From: Octopus bimaculoides
Lineage: Eukaryota
Reading direction: 5' to 3'
Assembly (NCBI RefSeq): GCF_001194135.2
Contig: NC_068998.1
Span: forward strand, 53,945,398-54,009,397
Length of the DNA: 64,000 bases
The notes under the pieces were generated by a model that saw nothing but the letters and a program-made list of their open reading frames with translations, searched no databases and was not told where the DNA came from. The position numbers were made by a program, and so were the translations under genes. Shown in pieces: positions 37,140 through 50,466 of the stretch (position 1 is its first letter; each line of letters begins with the position of its first letter).

Positions 37140-37460
37140 GCGTGATCATTCCACAGGATTTCATAAAGAGCTCACCTCATGCAAAGTCTGTACAATAATT
37201 AACCTTCATAAAATTTAGAAGCTTCCTTTTGATCTCCCATAAATTCAACAACGGGCTTGTCTACTCTTAAAAATGATCCCATCACATTATCTTCTGAAAT
37301 GTAGCGTAAACTACTCATCTGGTGAATATTGACAATATTGTAGTGACAAATAACAGGAAGTGATTTGCAGTAGATGCAAATGATGACAACATAAATATTA
37401 GAATTGGTACAATCTACGATAGCATTTCGAAAGCATTCAACGGTTAACTCTTGGGAAATT
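37140..37460 (-). other. Open frame of about 95 codons ending ...GSFLRVDKPVVEFMGDQKEASKFYEG*; possibly the decayed C-terminal part of the adjacent pogo/Tigger transposase
   Basis: Same strand as, and downstream of, the 38350-39075 transposase remnant. Splice-like sites are present but do not give a coherent internal exon. Confidence 0.2.
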
Positions 37461-37928
37461 TCATGGTTTATTTTAAGTGCAGAGTATCACATCTTTGTTT
37501 ATAGATATATATTTCGTTACTAATATATTTTTCATATTCAATCTAGTTTTTAATGCAAATCTCCATTGGATAACAACGCTACAAGTTAATGTTTATTTTT
37601 TTCTGTTCTTTCCTTCCGTTTTCTTATCTATACACTGTATTATGTGTTGTCATGATCTCTTGTTGTAAGTGCCGGACTAATCGTCGTGAGAATATCGTAG
37701 TTGTTTGTTTTATGGGAAGGCGAAATTCTTGAATCTTGCAATGTACAGTTTTACAAGAATACAATTCTATTGAAATTTGAATGTGACACAGCTTGTCCAA
37801 AATACGTTCTGCTGCAATTTATATTGAAGTGAATTTTGTGGACACACACATACACACACATACACACACACAAACATGCATACGCACATGCATGCATACG
37901 CACATGCATGCATACATACACAAACAGA

Positions 37929-37979
<51 letters not shown>

Positions 37980-37982
<3 letters not shown>

Positions 37983-38133
37983 TGGCTATGTAGTAAGTAG
38001 CTTGCTTACCAACCACATGGTTCCGGATTCAGTCCCACTGCGTGGCACCTTGGGCAAGTGTCTTCTACTATTGTCTCGGGCTGACCAAAGCCTTGTCAGT
38101 GGATTTGGTAGACAGAAACTGAAAGAAGCCCGT
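37980..38133 (+). mobile_element. SINE family B (CORE-type), 5' half ending in its internal (TA)n
   Basis: tRNA-like head GTGGCTATGTAGTAAG...GGATTCAGTCCC, CORE-like GGCACCTTGGGCAAGTGTCTTCTAC, then GGATTTGGTAGACAGAAACTGAAAGAAGCCCGTC. Confidence 0.9.
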
Positions 38134-38349
38134 CATATATATATATCTATATATGCATATAGTTTACACTATTTCAGACGTTGTAAACTTTTTTCTGAGG
38201 TTGTTTCTTCCGTAAGATTGGCATTCAAGATATTTTCCTCGTAAATATTTTGTTCTTCAAGCGCTAGAAGTGAATCATTAGCGAAGTCCTTTCAATGAAA
38301 GTCGATGAATATTATCTCTACCGAGAGTTGCATTTGTTAGTCCTTTTTT

Positions 38350-39075
38350 TTTTCTATTCTGAACTCACATTATGCAATTGCTTGAGTCTGTGATTCGAAA
38401 CCTGGAATATCATTTGCCAGATACGATCAAAAAATATTGCTACATAAAACACATTAATAGCAAGACACCTGAATGATTTCGATTGCATCTCTGATTGTAT
38501 AAAGTTTCCAAAATGTTGATAATGAAACAGCTTTTCCCCTGTTGTAAATTTAACAGCATTTCCCAAAATATTAGAACTTTCAAGTGAGAATTACACCTTC
38601 GGCCTTTCGTTGTGGTAAGGACGTTATATTTGATGGCAGCTGATGCACTTTTATTTTTATACGCTCGTTTGAGTCCGATAATGAAAATGGATGACCTGCT
38701 GCATTGTCTAATAAACAGAACATTAAAATCTAGGTTATCATCTTTACAGTACCCTTCAACTCGGGGTGAAAAATCATTTGTAAACGATCTGCAAATAATT
38801 CTCTGGAGATCCATGCCTTCTAACTTAATCACCATGATACTGAATGTTGGAAAGTTTTAATACACCCGTAAATCTCTAAGGTTTTCAAATCGTGACACAA
38901 CGCTAGTCTTAAATGACAGTACCACACAATAAAAATGTCTAATCCTTTACAGCTTTCTACACTGCTTAACGCTTTTCTTTTTCTTTTTCCATCAAACATG
39001 TTAGCATTAGCATTTTCCCTATCCAATCCTATTTCGGCAACATTAAAGATATGTCTATCCATCTTCGTCAATAAT
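38350..39075 (-). mobile_element. Decayed pogo/Tigger-family DDE transposase
   Basis: Colinear motifs across frameshifts: HIFNVAEIGL (cf. QIFNxDETGL, about 39025-39055), AWISRELF (cf. AWMTxxLF, about 38793-38816), LDNAAGHP (cf. LDNAPGHP, 38689-38711) and LPSNITSLPQ...GVI (cf. LPPNTTSLxQPMDQGVI, about 38590-38640). Confidence 0.9.
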
Positions 39076-39321
39076 TTTTGTTTACTTCAACCGGAAATTT
39101 TGTAGTTGCATTTTTATACGTAGTTGCAAGTTCACCAGGAATGTATATATTATATAGCCCTGAACTTTATTTAAAGTGAGAGAACCATCTTCAACTTCTA
39201 TTAGATTCTTTTTTTCCCAGCCATTCTTTTGTTTTGGAGACAGACATCTTTAACTCGAACGATTCATTGCTTTAATTTAATTCCTTATAAGATTGCAGTC
39301 TTCAGTCCAGCAATTCTTAGG

Positions 39322-39495
39322 AGAGGCAGATCTCCGGTTACATCGACCCCAACGCATGATTTGTACTTATTTTACCATAAAAAGGACGAAAGGTAAAGTC
39401 GACTTCATCAACGTTTGTATTCAGGAAGTCAAAAGCCGGAAATAATGCCGCTAAACATTTTGTCCGGCGCGATAACGATTCCACCATCTCGCCAC
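39322..39495 (-). mobile_element. SINE family A copy
   Basis: TACATCGACCCC...GTACTTATTTTA...GAAAGGTAAAGTCGAC...CATTTTGTCCGGCGCGATAACGATTCC...CTCGCCAC. Confidence 0.85.
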
Positions 39496-40830
39496 TTTTG
39501 TTAATTCATTCTACAACTAATTTTTTAACGAAGTATTTTTTTTATTTTGTTAAAGATATTACAAGTATTATTTGTTATGAAAGATAATAGTATTTACCTC
39601 ATACCACACTCAAAGTCGTTTTTAAAAAGTGGAATGACTCATTAGATGAGGACGGCCTAAGATTCATTGTAATTAAAAGCTAGGACATGGTGGTTACGGC
39701 TGGAATGTATTTGATCACACATCCAATTGCTTCAAAACATTAACTGCAATTTACATTGTATAGACATGGACATTGAAAAGCGAACCAACAAAGATATCTC
39801 TAAGTAATCGCTCACGTTTCGATTAGCAGCTAAATCTCCCTATTTTTGCAATGAAAGAATTAGGTATTGAATAATTCGGTGTTTGGTATACAAAACGACA
39901 GGATGGTCATTGTTAGAACATCGTTGATCTCAGGCTCATTCAATAGTATCGACAGGTAATCTTAACAACAACAATGACAATTAGCGAAGATTTGGGATTT
40001 TGGTATGAAATTGATTGGGAGCAAGAAAGTCACCGAAGAAACCTGTTAAAACGACATTGAAGGACTTATGCTATTCTACTGCAAAATGTCTACCGCCATC
40101 TTATGAATTGCATTTGCCATTTACATCTCCAAACATGATTAACGAACTGCTTTCTATGTTTTGACTAGAAGTAGTGTTATGGTTCGGTTTATGTTAAAAA
40201 CATATCTACTTAGAAAAAGCAGACGATATAAAATTGAAATTTGCCTGCGAAAAAAAAAAAAAAAAAGATAAAGAAGATATTTTATATTTACGAGAATATT
40301 ATTACAAAGATAAAATATTAAATGTCACGATTTCTATGAATAACAAAATTATAGGCTAATGAAGAAGAATCTATCGCTGAATATAGCAGTGGTGGCGGTG
40401 ATTGTGCTGTTTGTGCATGTGAGAATTATACTATCATGTCGTGGATGTTGCTTTAACTGTAAGTTCATTTAAGCTGCTTCAATAGTTTCCAAACGTGCAA
40501 ATATTAATTGAATATATTTATTGTATGACTGCAGTAATAAGTTTAGCTCTGCTCTCTTTCTTTCTCTCCCTCACTTTCTTTCTCTCTTCCCCCCTCTCTC
40601 CCTCTCATTCACACATACATACACATGCACTTTGCATCAGCAATATTTCCCCTCCCTTCTCTCTCGCGCGATGTATTTATATATCCGTCAGTGTAATGGC
40701 GAATTACTAACAAGATAGGCATATCGGAGATAACGATAATGATTTATGCAATAAATACATATATATCATACATAGAAACACGCATACAAATATGTCCGTA
40801 CATATTTACAAGTGTAAAAACACACACACA

Positions 40831-40895
<65 letters not shown>

Positions 40896-40971
40896 ACACA
40901 CACATACAAACATACATATGAAAACGTAAATGTGCGTACGTGTATGATTATTCATGTACAGATACACGATA

Positions 40972-41009
<38 letters not shown>

Positions 41010-41255
41010 TGTGCGTGCGTGCATGTGTGTGTGTGTGTGTGCGTGCGTGCGTGTGCGCGTGTGTGTGTGTGTGTGTGCGTGTGTGTTTAAGTAAGTGAAT
41101 TTTGAATGATTATTTTATAGCATTTGCAATTGATATTTCCCCGGCTCAATTCTATTTTGATTATATACATAATTTACAGCTTTTATCGATAATGTAACTT
41201 CAATTAACTTGAACATTTCCAAGATTTTGATTGCAAACTAATAATAATAATAATC

Positions 41256-41328
<73 letters not shown>

Positions 41329-41520
41329 ACGCAGCCAAATCGGAGAAAATCATTTCTGATTTCTGGATATCACATGAAATATTCTAATTATATATTTCCA
41401 GTTTCTTTTATTAATTATCTTCCACTAAGAGACTTGCAGGTAGCCATACGGTTGAAACGAGAGTGTCTTTCGTATTCCCAATGTTACAATGATGGCGTCA
41501 GTGGTTTCTCATTCTGTTTT

Positions 41521-41870
41521 TAAGAAATATCTTTGCCAAAGAAAATCACGGTTATTGGAAATGAGGGTAAACCGAAAGCAATTTCATGGTTTAATCAGTT
41601 GGACAGGCCCCTATCCTCGGTTTGCAAGATCACCGAGCCTGGTGGTCAACATAGCGGAAGACACAGCAAACGGTGCTAAAACTTGAGGTGGAGGTTCGAA
41701 TTCGAGCAACGGATACGATCCCACCGAGGATGGATCTTACTACTTTCAATCTTCGCAATTTTGTTGATACGGCTTTGCTCAATTTCGCAGAACAAGAAAA
41801 CCTTTATCCGCGCATTTCTGAGATACAGAAGGAAGATGTTATGCTGATAGCTAATGTAGGCAACAGCAAC
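41521..41870 (+). other. Protein-like but frame-broken segment (EISLPKKITVIG...NQLDRPLSSVCK / VLKLEVEVRIRATDTIPPRMDLTTFNLRNFVD...); exon(s) or pseudogene fragment
   Basis: Unique, relatively GC-rich sequence with two overlapping open frames. VRIRATD.IPPR resembles the cadherin VxATDxGxPP strand. Splice sites are weak. Confidence 0.2.
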
Positions 41871-42759
41871 AACAACAACGAAAACAATAACAGTCAGATG
41901 TGTTGGTTTGGGCATTGCATAGTTAATTAATGATTCGTTAGTTTGATGCGTTTTTGTTAGAATACCCCTATGGGATTGGACCTGTTATACAAGTATTCAG
42001 AGAGCGGCTTTGTTCAGCCAGTACCATCACACACACAGACTCACACGCACCCACATGTGTATGTATGCATATATATATATATATATATATGTAGTGCCAC
42101 GTCACGTAGACATTTATACACCAGCACGCACATATACACACAATATGAAGTAGCTGTGGGAGTTGTCTGTCTTCCGAAATTGTAAAGCTTTCGTTTATTT
42201 CATTTGATTATGTTTGCGTTTTTTCTTTCTTCATATAATTTCGATAATTTTGTTTTTACACACAAGTTTGTAACAGCATCTAATTTTTTTCATACACTAC
42301 CAAAAAGAATATAAAATGATTGTAAAACGCTTAATTATAAAATTGATTGATTGAATTAATCTGCCTCCTTTTCTTCATCTCCTTTTCCCTCTTCTTCAGC
42401 TTCTTCCTCTTTTTCCTATTCTTCTTCCGCTTTTTCTTTTGACGTATGCTTCTCCTTCCCCTTCACTTTCGTTGGCTTTTTTAATTGTTACTATTAAGTA
42501 TATTTTATTATTATTAATTATATGCTGAACACATTAGATTAAAATATTCTTATAATTCGTTATCAAGCTGTCATGTGATTGACACATTCGCTTCAGACTC
42601 ACGTGTTTCCGAGATCGATCCAAGACAGTCACTATTAACCCAGTTCCCTTCTACCATAGTAACAGGCTCATCTATGCACTTCAATCTGATACCCACCAGC
42701 AATCCGGGAACACGTTGTTGATATATATGCGTGTGTGTATATACACACACACATATGTA

Positions 42760-42930
42760 TGTATGTATGGACGATAAATCAAACCCCAACGCGACTTGTG
42801 TTGGAGTGCGTCGGCAAGATTGGGTTATTTAATAACATTAACGTAAAGAGTACGAGGAATATGAGTGGAAAGAAGAAAATCCAACGTTTCCGACAGATCC
42901 CCTTCTTCAGAGAAAAGTAAACAGGAGAGA
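42760..42930 (-). mobile_element. Penelope-like terminal repeat remnant
   Basis: The minus strand reads TCTCTGAAGAAGGGATCTGTCGGAAACGTTGG, the CTGAAGAAG...GAAACGTT motif. Confidence 0.45.
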
Positions 42931-43087
42931 AATTAAGGAGAGACGGCAAAGTTTTCCATTTTCTGAGTTACAAAAGCGTTGTTTACTGTCTTTAATTTCT
43001 TTCCTGCATAATTATCTGTGAAGAAGAACTTTTTCCGAAACGCTGGATTTTTCAATTCTCACAGTAATTTCACTGTACCCTTTTGTA

Positions 43088-43109
<22 letters not shown>

Positions 43110-43123
<14 letters not shown>

Positions 43124-43395
43124 AGTTCGATGTTCGTATATCGAATCGCACACAGGTTGACTTTTTTACATTCATCATTTCAGGACCGATAAAATTACTG
43201 GTCTCAAAGTTTGACAGAAGACCAGCAATACGAAATGTGGGATTTTCTCGATTACATCGACCCACCCCCTCCCCGCCAGAACTTAACTATCATTTATTTT
43301 GTAGACCCCAAGTTGAAGCGGACGTCAGCGGAATTTGAACTCAGAAAATAGCTAAGCATTTTGTCAGACGCGCTAACGATTCTACTTGCTCCCTT
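43110..43395. mobile_element. Two SINE family A fragments tail-to-tail (plus 43110-43195; minus about 43200-43395)
   Basis: AGGTTGACTTTTT...GGACCGATAAAATT on the plus strand; GGAATTTGAACTCAGAA...AAGCATTTTGTCAGACGCGCTAACGATTC is a minus-strand head. Confidence 0.75.
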
Positions 43396-43846
43396 CAAGG
43401 ATCGATAAAATAATATAAACTTATGAATACGTAATGCCGGTCAAACTAATCAATTACCCTCCATAATATATGCGTTTTATGCCAAATGTAAAATATCTGC
43501 TTCACCAGTCGACAGAATCCGCCAAAGTCTCCGGTTATCTGTCAAGATACAATCGTACGTTGTTATCTATGGAAGCACGATATATTGTTATAGTATTTCC
43601 TACTTTAGGAACCATCAACTGTATTTCCTTTCTCTGCTCTTTCTCATTCCAGCAGTCTTGTGGGGTGGGCATGTAAAGATCATAAGTGCTCTCTGTTCCT
43701 CACTGATGAGGATATGTAGTCATTTTTAGCAGTAATTACTCGTCTCTTTTTTTTTTCAGATAGAATGAGAAAGCGTTTTTTAAACTTTGGTGTTTATGTC
43801 CCAGTTTTCATAGGACGCTTCATATGAATTCTATGGCGTCAGATTA

Positions 43847-45045
43847 CAGTCAACTTCCTCTTATCCGGCCTCAAATAACTGGAATCTCAAGCAACCGGCA
43901 CCAAGAAACGGAAAAGTAATAATAAAAGAAAATGTGTATTTATTTAGAGTCACAATTAATTAATAGCGACAGAAGCGGTACTAATATCCTTTCTACCATA
44001 GGCACAGGCCCTGAAATTTGAGGGGAGCGGGTTAAGTCGATTACGTCGACCCCAGTGTGTAATTGGTACTTATCTAATCGCCCCCCCCCCCCCAAAGGAC
44101 GAAAGCCAAAGTAGACCTAAGCGGAATTTGAACTCAGAACGTAGAGTCAGACAAAAAAACAGTACTAATATCAAAAGGTAACATTTATTAAAGTGGACGC
44201 TGTATTTAAATACAGAAGACTGCGTTATTCACCACGAAAGAACCTCTCGTACAGACAAACACCGCATCCGCTTTAAGAGGCTCGTAAATATTACATTTTG
44301 CTGTTATTGTTTATGTCGCTTTCAAATATTTTAATAAGTAACTCAATGGTTATTTGCGTCACTAGTGTCTAAATAGACTCAGAAGTTCTATTATATTGCT
44401 GATGGAGGGATCGACTGCTATGTCTAGCCGAATATCTGTCTTTCATAAGGCCAAGAACGGCCAAGGAATTTCGGTGGGCGTAGAGAGTGGTTCTCGCCCG
44501 CGAGTGATATAAACATGAGTGCTTCTATGCACCACAAATTCGTATGAATGGTTCCCTCATGGTAAATAACGCAGAATTCTGTCTTCTAACACAACGTTCA
44601 TTTTAGGTCGGAGATACATATTACCTTTTAGAGGCGACAGAATTTGTGCTAATTTTATTATTAATTATTTTATGTTTTTTTTCTTAATTTATTAATTTTG
44701 ATTTATTCATGTTAATTAATTGTCGTTAATAGACCGTTTGCATTGTATCTAAAATAGACCATGACTTCTCAAATCACAATAGAGTATTTTATTTCTGTCT
44801 GCATTTTATTAGGTTAATAAAACTTGTTCTTTACTGAAATTATGCTTTTTATTTTATTTTCCTAATTCTTTTATTTCTGCTTTATTCAGTATCTTAATAA
44901 TAATACTGATATTTACAGAGAGATTTTTGTTGACTTTGGTAAGGTGCTATGGTAATTTAAAAAGTTTATTTTTCAGACATCCGATAAATTCACTTATCCG
45001 GCAACGCTCGGGTCCCAGTATTGCCGGATAGTTGAGAGTTTACTA
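43847..45045. mobile_element. Non-autonomous pogo/Tigger-like DNA transposon with imperfect terminal inverted repeats and TA flanks
   Basis: Left end TA|CAGTCAACTTCCTCTTATCCGGC; right end reverse complement TA|TAGTAAACTCTCAACTATCCGGC (16/23 identical). A subterminal 10-bp hairpin lies at 44995-45030 and a SINE is nested at 43985-44150. Confidence 0.5.
43985..44150 (-). mobile_element. SINE family A nested in the putative DNA transposon
   Basis: AGTCGATTACGTCGACCCCAGTG...GGTACTTAT...GCGGAATTTGAACTCAGAACG. Confidence 0.88.
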
Positions 45046-45816
45046 TACTTGAGAAGCTTTTGTTAAATTCTATTTGAATAGTGAGCAATTCAAATCTGAA
45101 CAATGTTACATTTATTTCTATATTTTGTAATTTCATAGATGCACCAGACGGTTAAACGCCAAGAGCTTTGTGGCAGCATTCTAACTGCGTTGAGATTCCT
45201 TTTGTTTGTTCATTTCCAGTTAAGATCCGGATGAGTACCTTTTTAAATTGCGATGAACGTTTGATCTGAAGAGAACTAAAAATAACAAATATATGTTCAT
45301 TGACTTGTCTGTGTTTGTGTGCGCGCGTGTGTATATGTGTGTGGAAATGAAAATAAAAGAAAGTGAACTGTTTCATATAAAATAATGTTGTTTTAAGATT
45401 TTGAAATGTTACATGAAACAACAAAAGTAATTATGAATAAAATCACAACATAATCAAGTTATTAATGTATCAGGCTAACAGTGAAAGGTCGGTATTAGAA
45501 GATATACGGTTGAAGATTTGTATAATGATACGAGTTCTTGACTGTACCAATAACCAAGACATTGACATTTTCTTAATCCAACCCTATTAGCTGTAAGTAG
45601 AAATCATAGCTGAGATACATCACCAAGCAATAAGAAGCGGGAGCACTGTTGCATAGTCTAGAAACTTATCATTAGCTTCGAGCCCTCAGTTCATGTCATC
45701 TTATGGAAAAGCTCCCTCCCTATTACTTCACTAACAAGAAATCCTGTTTTTACTAATCACGGTAAAGTACATTTTGTAATTCTAATATATGAAATGGCGA
45801 AGGCAGCGAGTTCAGA

Positions 45817-45852
<36 letters not shown>

Positions 45853-48630
45853 NNNNNNNNNNNNNNNNNNNNNNNNNNNNNNNNNNNNNNNNNNNNNNNN
45901 NNNNNNNNNNNNNNNNNNNNNNNNNNNNNNNNNNNNNNNNNNNNNNNNNNNNNNNNNNNGTGTGCGTGTGTGTGTGTGCGTGTGTGTGTGTGCGTGTGTG
46001 TGTGTTTGGTTTTAAAAATATTCAAGATATGTAAACAGTCTTCTATTGTATTGCTTCGTCGTGAGCTCTGTGCAAAGCCAACAATTTTTTGAAGTCGAAA
46101 TATTGTCTTGTAATACAAATTGACATCAGTCCTCATCATGAGATGCTGGCTCTACAAAGGACGTGTTTGAGTGTTCATCATGTGATGTAATCAGAAACAT
46201 TGGGACTTGAAATATGCGTTGCTTGAGAACAATTGGGTTGTATTGAAATTAAATTTCCTGGCGGTGTTTAATATTCTCTCGTGAAATCATCCGTTAAATC
46301 AGTAAATCCTATCACATTAAATAAACAGTGGAAACGTATATCGTTCAAAATGAAACATTATTCATTTTATATGAGATGTTATTTCGTTTCCTATTTTCCC
46401 AATCAAAACCTAGAGTAATTAGTTTTCGTTAAATTATTTTACTTTATCGGGATTTGCTTTGTTTTGTTTTTGTTTTTGTTTTTGTTTTTAGATAACACTG
46501 CTCTGCTCTGAAAAAGTTTATGTCCTTATTTAGTCTTCTTTGACATGGCTTTTTATTGAAACATCGTTAACAATAGACCAGCAAGAACAGATTCAAACAT
46601 ACATCTTATGTCCTCTTATCGGTCTGTCAGCTATATCAATACTTAATTTCTTCTCTTTTATTCATGATTGTGTCAAAATTTATCCCAGTTTTACACAAAT
46701 AATATCAGATCAGCAACGCCTGTAATTTAACAAGAGAACTGTTGATTAAGAATTTCCTTTCTGGGAGTGAAAGACAATAGAATTAAGATAATGTAGTTAT
46801 AATGTTTGCTCAACTGGCGTTTTGTTGAGATAGACATTCTTTATAAACAAGGCGACCAATCAACGTTAAGCCACTACAGCTAAGTCATAGAATAAACAAA
46901 AAACAAACTTATCTAAGAAAGCAAACAGTATCGAAAGAGAGGAGTAAGGAGCGAATGTAATTTATATACATTTAATGAATGTGAGCGATAAAATGGACGT
47001 GTGCGCGTCCATGTGTATGCATGTATATAAGTATATGTGTGTACGTACACGTTTATTCCTCTATGGCTCTCATTGGCTGTTTGTGTGTTGGTGTGTGCAT
47101 CTTACCCGAGCAGTATTTGTGATGACTGGCAAAGAAGGTAGTTAGCAAAGTAGATTATTTATTAAGAGACTCTAGAAAACCAGTTGAATTATTTGAGTAA
47201 TCTTCGTCCATCTTGGATGTATGAAATGTCTATGTCACATTTCCTAATCATTTGTTTCATATCAGACTTGAATAAACGTTGTGCTTCAACATCGCTGACT
47301 TTTCGAAAATGTCTCTAGAGCAACTTCTATTCGGTGGTAACGTTGATGAAAACTCCACACCGAGCGTCAAACTCAACTAGCCATCACATGGCCAAAATAT
47401 GTCTTAGTTGCTGAAAGTGGGTTGTAAATGATAAATCTGTTCCGCTCTCTATAACTGAAGATAAAATATTTTCGTCACTTTTTATCATAATGTTTATGTA
47501 TCACGTTACATAAACGAAGAGAAGCCTTTTTTTTTTATATACCCACCGACCATACGTATGATAACAGGTAGAAATGAAAATCTATCTCTCGAATATCAAA
47601 GCAAAAGACTTCCCTTTCATCAATTTTTGACAAGACATTCACCAACTCCGAAAAACCTCATTTCAACAAAAGTGAATAACTTTTACCCCGTCCCAAATAC
47701 CAATATCTGGCATCTTCTGCTTACACTAAGTTATTGTATTCATCAGCCTGTTCCATTAGTGTTCTGCATATTTTAAGGTGCGGATCACTTCCCTTCCTTG
47801 TGTGCTTTGGTATGACAATCAGAACAATCCTTATTGCAGGTAACATTGTCAACAATATTAGCGACAATGTGATGAATCATGGGAAGCTAATATCTTCCGG
47901 AGATTTTTGGATATGGAAACATTTTATCATAACCTGTAGAATCTGCAACCATAGCAACCCCTCATTTTGATCAAGTATTTAAAGCCTGTCTCATATTCTT
48001 GTATAGCATTGCGGGTGATAAGTCTCGACTAACCCATTCTTCGAAAACAGCTTCTGCCAGAATTTGAAACCATTGTCCTTATTAATATTCCAACTATTTT
48101 TATATAAATAATTTATTTTTATATTTTAGTATATCATTTTTAATATATTTTATATGATATTATTGTTATTAATATTTATTTTTATTTTTTATCTATTTAT
48201 TGTTTTCATAATCTTTATATTCACATCCTGTCCAGTTTTATATTCTTCCATATAATATCATTAATATTCATAGCAACATATCAATACTTGTTTGTTTGTT
48301 TATCTATATGCACGTGAAGATACACATTTTGTCCTCATGTGATTATACTCCGTAATACCATATATTTTTTCTTTTCCTAAGCATGGGGAACCCGCGTCAA
48401 CGAGGTGCCACATTCTAATCAGTTCTTATATTAGGCATTCAGTTCTTAAATATTTACATATACACACGAAAATATGTCACTCTACAGTTAGTTAATTTTA
48501 TCATCGTCGTATGATCATCGTAATGGTTAAATTATTTGTAGAGATGAAAGAAAAATATCTACTTATAAGAGAGAACTAGATAGAGAAATACATAGATGCA
48601 TACACAATTTCATATATAAATGTATGCATA

Positions 48631-48710
<80 letters not shown>

Positions 48711-48730
48711 NNNNNNNNNNNNNNNNNNNN

Positions 48731-48787
<57 letters not shown>

Positions 48788-48794
48788 CATACAG

Positions 48795-49000
48795 ACATTA
48801 CTGAACACAGCTGTAAATTCGAAATTTCAACTTGCTCGTCATTTGAAACTGTTTGCGTCATCGAAACGCAACGAAACTTTGAAGTTACAGTCTGTCCCGT
48901 ACTAGATACATCAGAAGATTCTAGTTTCAATACTGAATCATCTCAAGGTTGCTTGTTTGCTTTCTTTCCCTGTTTATGTATCCTTGTTTGTAATTGTTAA
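48795..49000 (+). CDS. Candidate terminal exon: (D)ITEHSCKFEISTCSSFETVCVIETQRNFEVTVCPVLDTSEDSSFNTESSQGCLFAFFPCLCILVCNC*
   Basis: CAG| acceptor after (TC)n(AC)n, open to TAA at 48998-49000, with a hydrophobic Cys-rich C-terminus and AATAAA at 49094. The antisense frame is also open and there is no homology support. Confidence 0.25.
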
Positions 49001-49329
49001 ACTAAAGACTATTTATCTAATCAATTCATTACTGGTAATTCATTACCGTATTGTGTTTTGCAACCATTATAGACTACCAAGAAAACTCGTAGAAATAAAC
49101 TTAAAACTGAAAAGACCGTACTGCTAACAGAAATGCAGGACACACTATTGATTGATATACCAGTAATATACTTGGTAGTGCAGTATGACTGAACAACAAA
49201 ATACAGTGTCTCTACCAGCAATAAATGTGTACGCATCAGTTATTAAGAATGTTTGATATGTAAATTGGTCCCTCCAATAGTGTTGCGCCCCTAAAGTTAG
49301 TGGCTATTTAAGCAATATGTTCGAGGATA

Positions 49330-49450
49330 GTTAAGGGATTGGATACTGCTATCTTATTTTAGCAACTTCAGAAAGATGGAAGGCACTCAAAAGAATTTGA
49401 ACCCGGAACGTAAAGATTCACATGAAATACCGTATGTCATTTTGGCTATG
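49330..49450 (-). mobile_element. Degenerate SINE family A copy
   Basis: GAATTTGAACCCGGAACGTAAAG...GAAATACCG is the reverse-complement B-box region. Confidence 0.65.
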
Positions 49451-50466
49451 AGTGCCAAACGTTTAATTATATTTATCGTAGTTTTACCCCCAGATTAGGC
49501 CTGAAATACCAAACGTGTAATCAGACTCCCTCTAACTCTGCCCAATCCGCTGGTGGTTTGGTATATTAGCCATTAACTGTGCTCAATACATTCTTTTTTG
49601 TTTAAGATGGTAAGCTATGCATTTAATGAGATGTGGTTGGTATTTCTAGCATGTGGTTTGATGACTCCGTGCTTTTTCAATGGTTTGTCCAGTCGCTTAG
49701 TTTTTGAAACCAAACAAACAAAGCTTTTCTTCTTGTCATATCTGATAGAAGAGATCCAACAGATCGAAACAGCCGCCTCTCTCACAATTTTCTTGCAGTA
49801 ACTTTACAATACATTGGTTGTGTATCTGTGCATGTCTGTGTGTATCCACATACACACGTGCACACTCATACACACACACACACAAATGCGTGTGCACGTG
49901 TGTATTTGTACGCGTTTTATCGTGTGTGTGTGGTTGAGTAATTGAATATAATTTCGTTACTTCAGTGAGTTTCTCACTCTCCGTGTGGTCTTCCGTCAAG
50001 TCTATTCCCAGCAGCGAATTACAGACTCGAAAATAGTTGCTTTTTTTCTTATGATTTTTCTTTCTGTCTTTCAATATTTTTCCCGTGTCTGTGTATAACT
50101 AGTTTCCCGTCTCGAAGAATTCATTGAAATATCATCAAACCTCGAGGTAGGGGATATATAGCCAAAGAATTTCAATAATGTTATTAATCTCTCCTCGAGC
50201 ATATTTTTTGTTTATTTTTATTTTTTACATGCTATGAAGGTAAAGAGAAGGATCTAAGAAAACTAGCGTCGGTCTGCCTTGGCAAATAGTGCATACAATA
50301 CAGCATAAACAGTGGAATGAATTACTCTGCTGGAAGTGAGAAAATGTGATGTTTTCCACATGGCACTCTGTCGGTGGTGGAGATGACTTTTTTCCTTCAT
50401 CTTTATATAATTATTTTTCGATGGCCTTAGAAAACACAAATCTTCAACGAATGGTACTGATCCAAA

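Noticed and set aside
40338-40459. Possible transmembrane exon LMKKNLSLNIAVVAVIVLFVHVRIILSCRGCCFN with GTAAGT donor
   Set aside because: The acceptor is weak and the hydrophobic stretch derives from a GTG/TGT-rich low-complexity tract.
43761-43830. Very strong acceptor followed by DRMRKRFLNFGVYVPVFIGRFI*
   Set aside because: No good donor, and two of three frames stop at once; no independent support.
49021-49236. Hydrophobic 71-aa minus-strand ORF
   Set aside because: No convincing splice context or recognisable family, and it lies in AT-rich sequence downstream of the candidate last exon.
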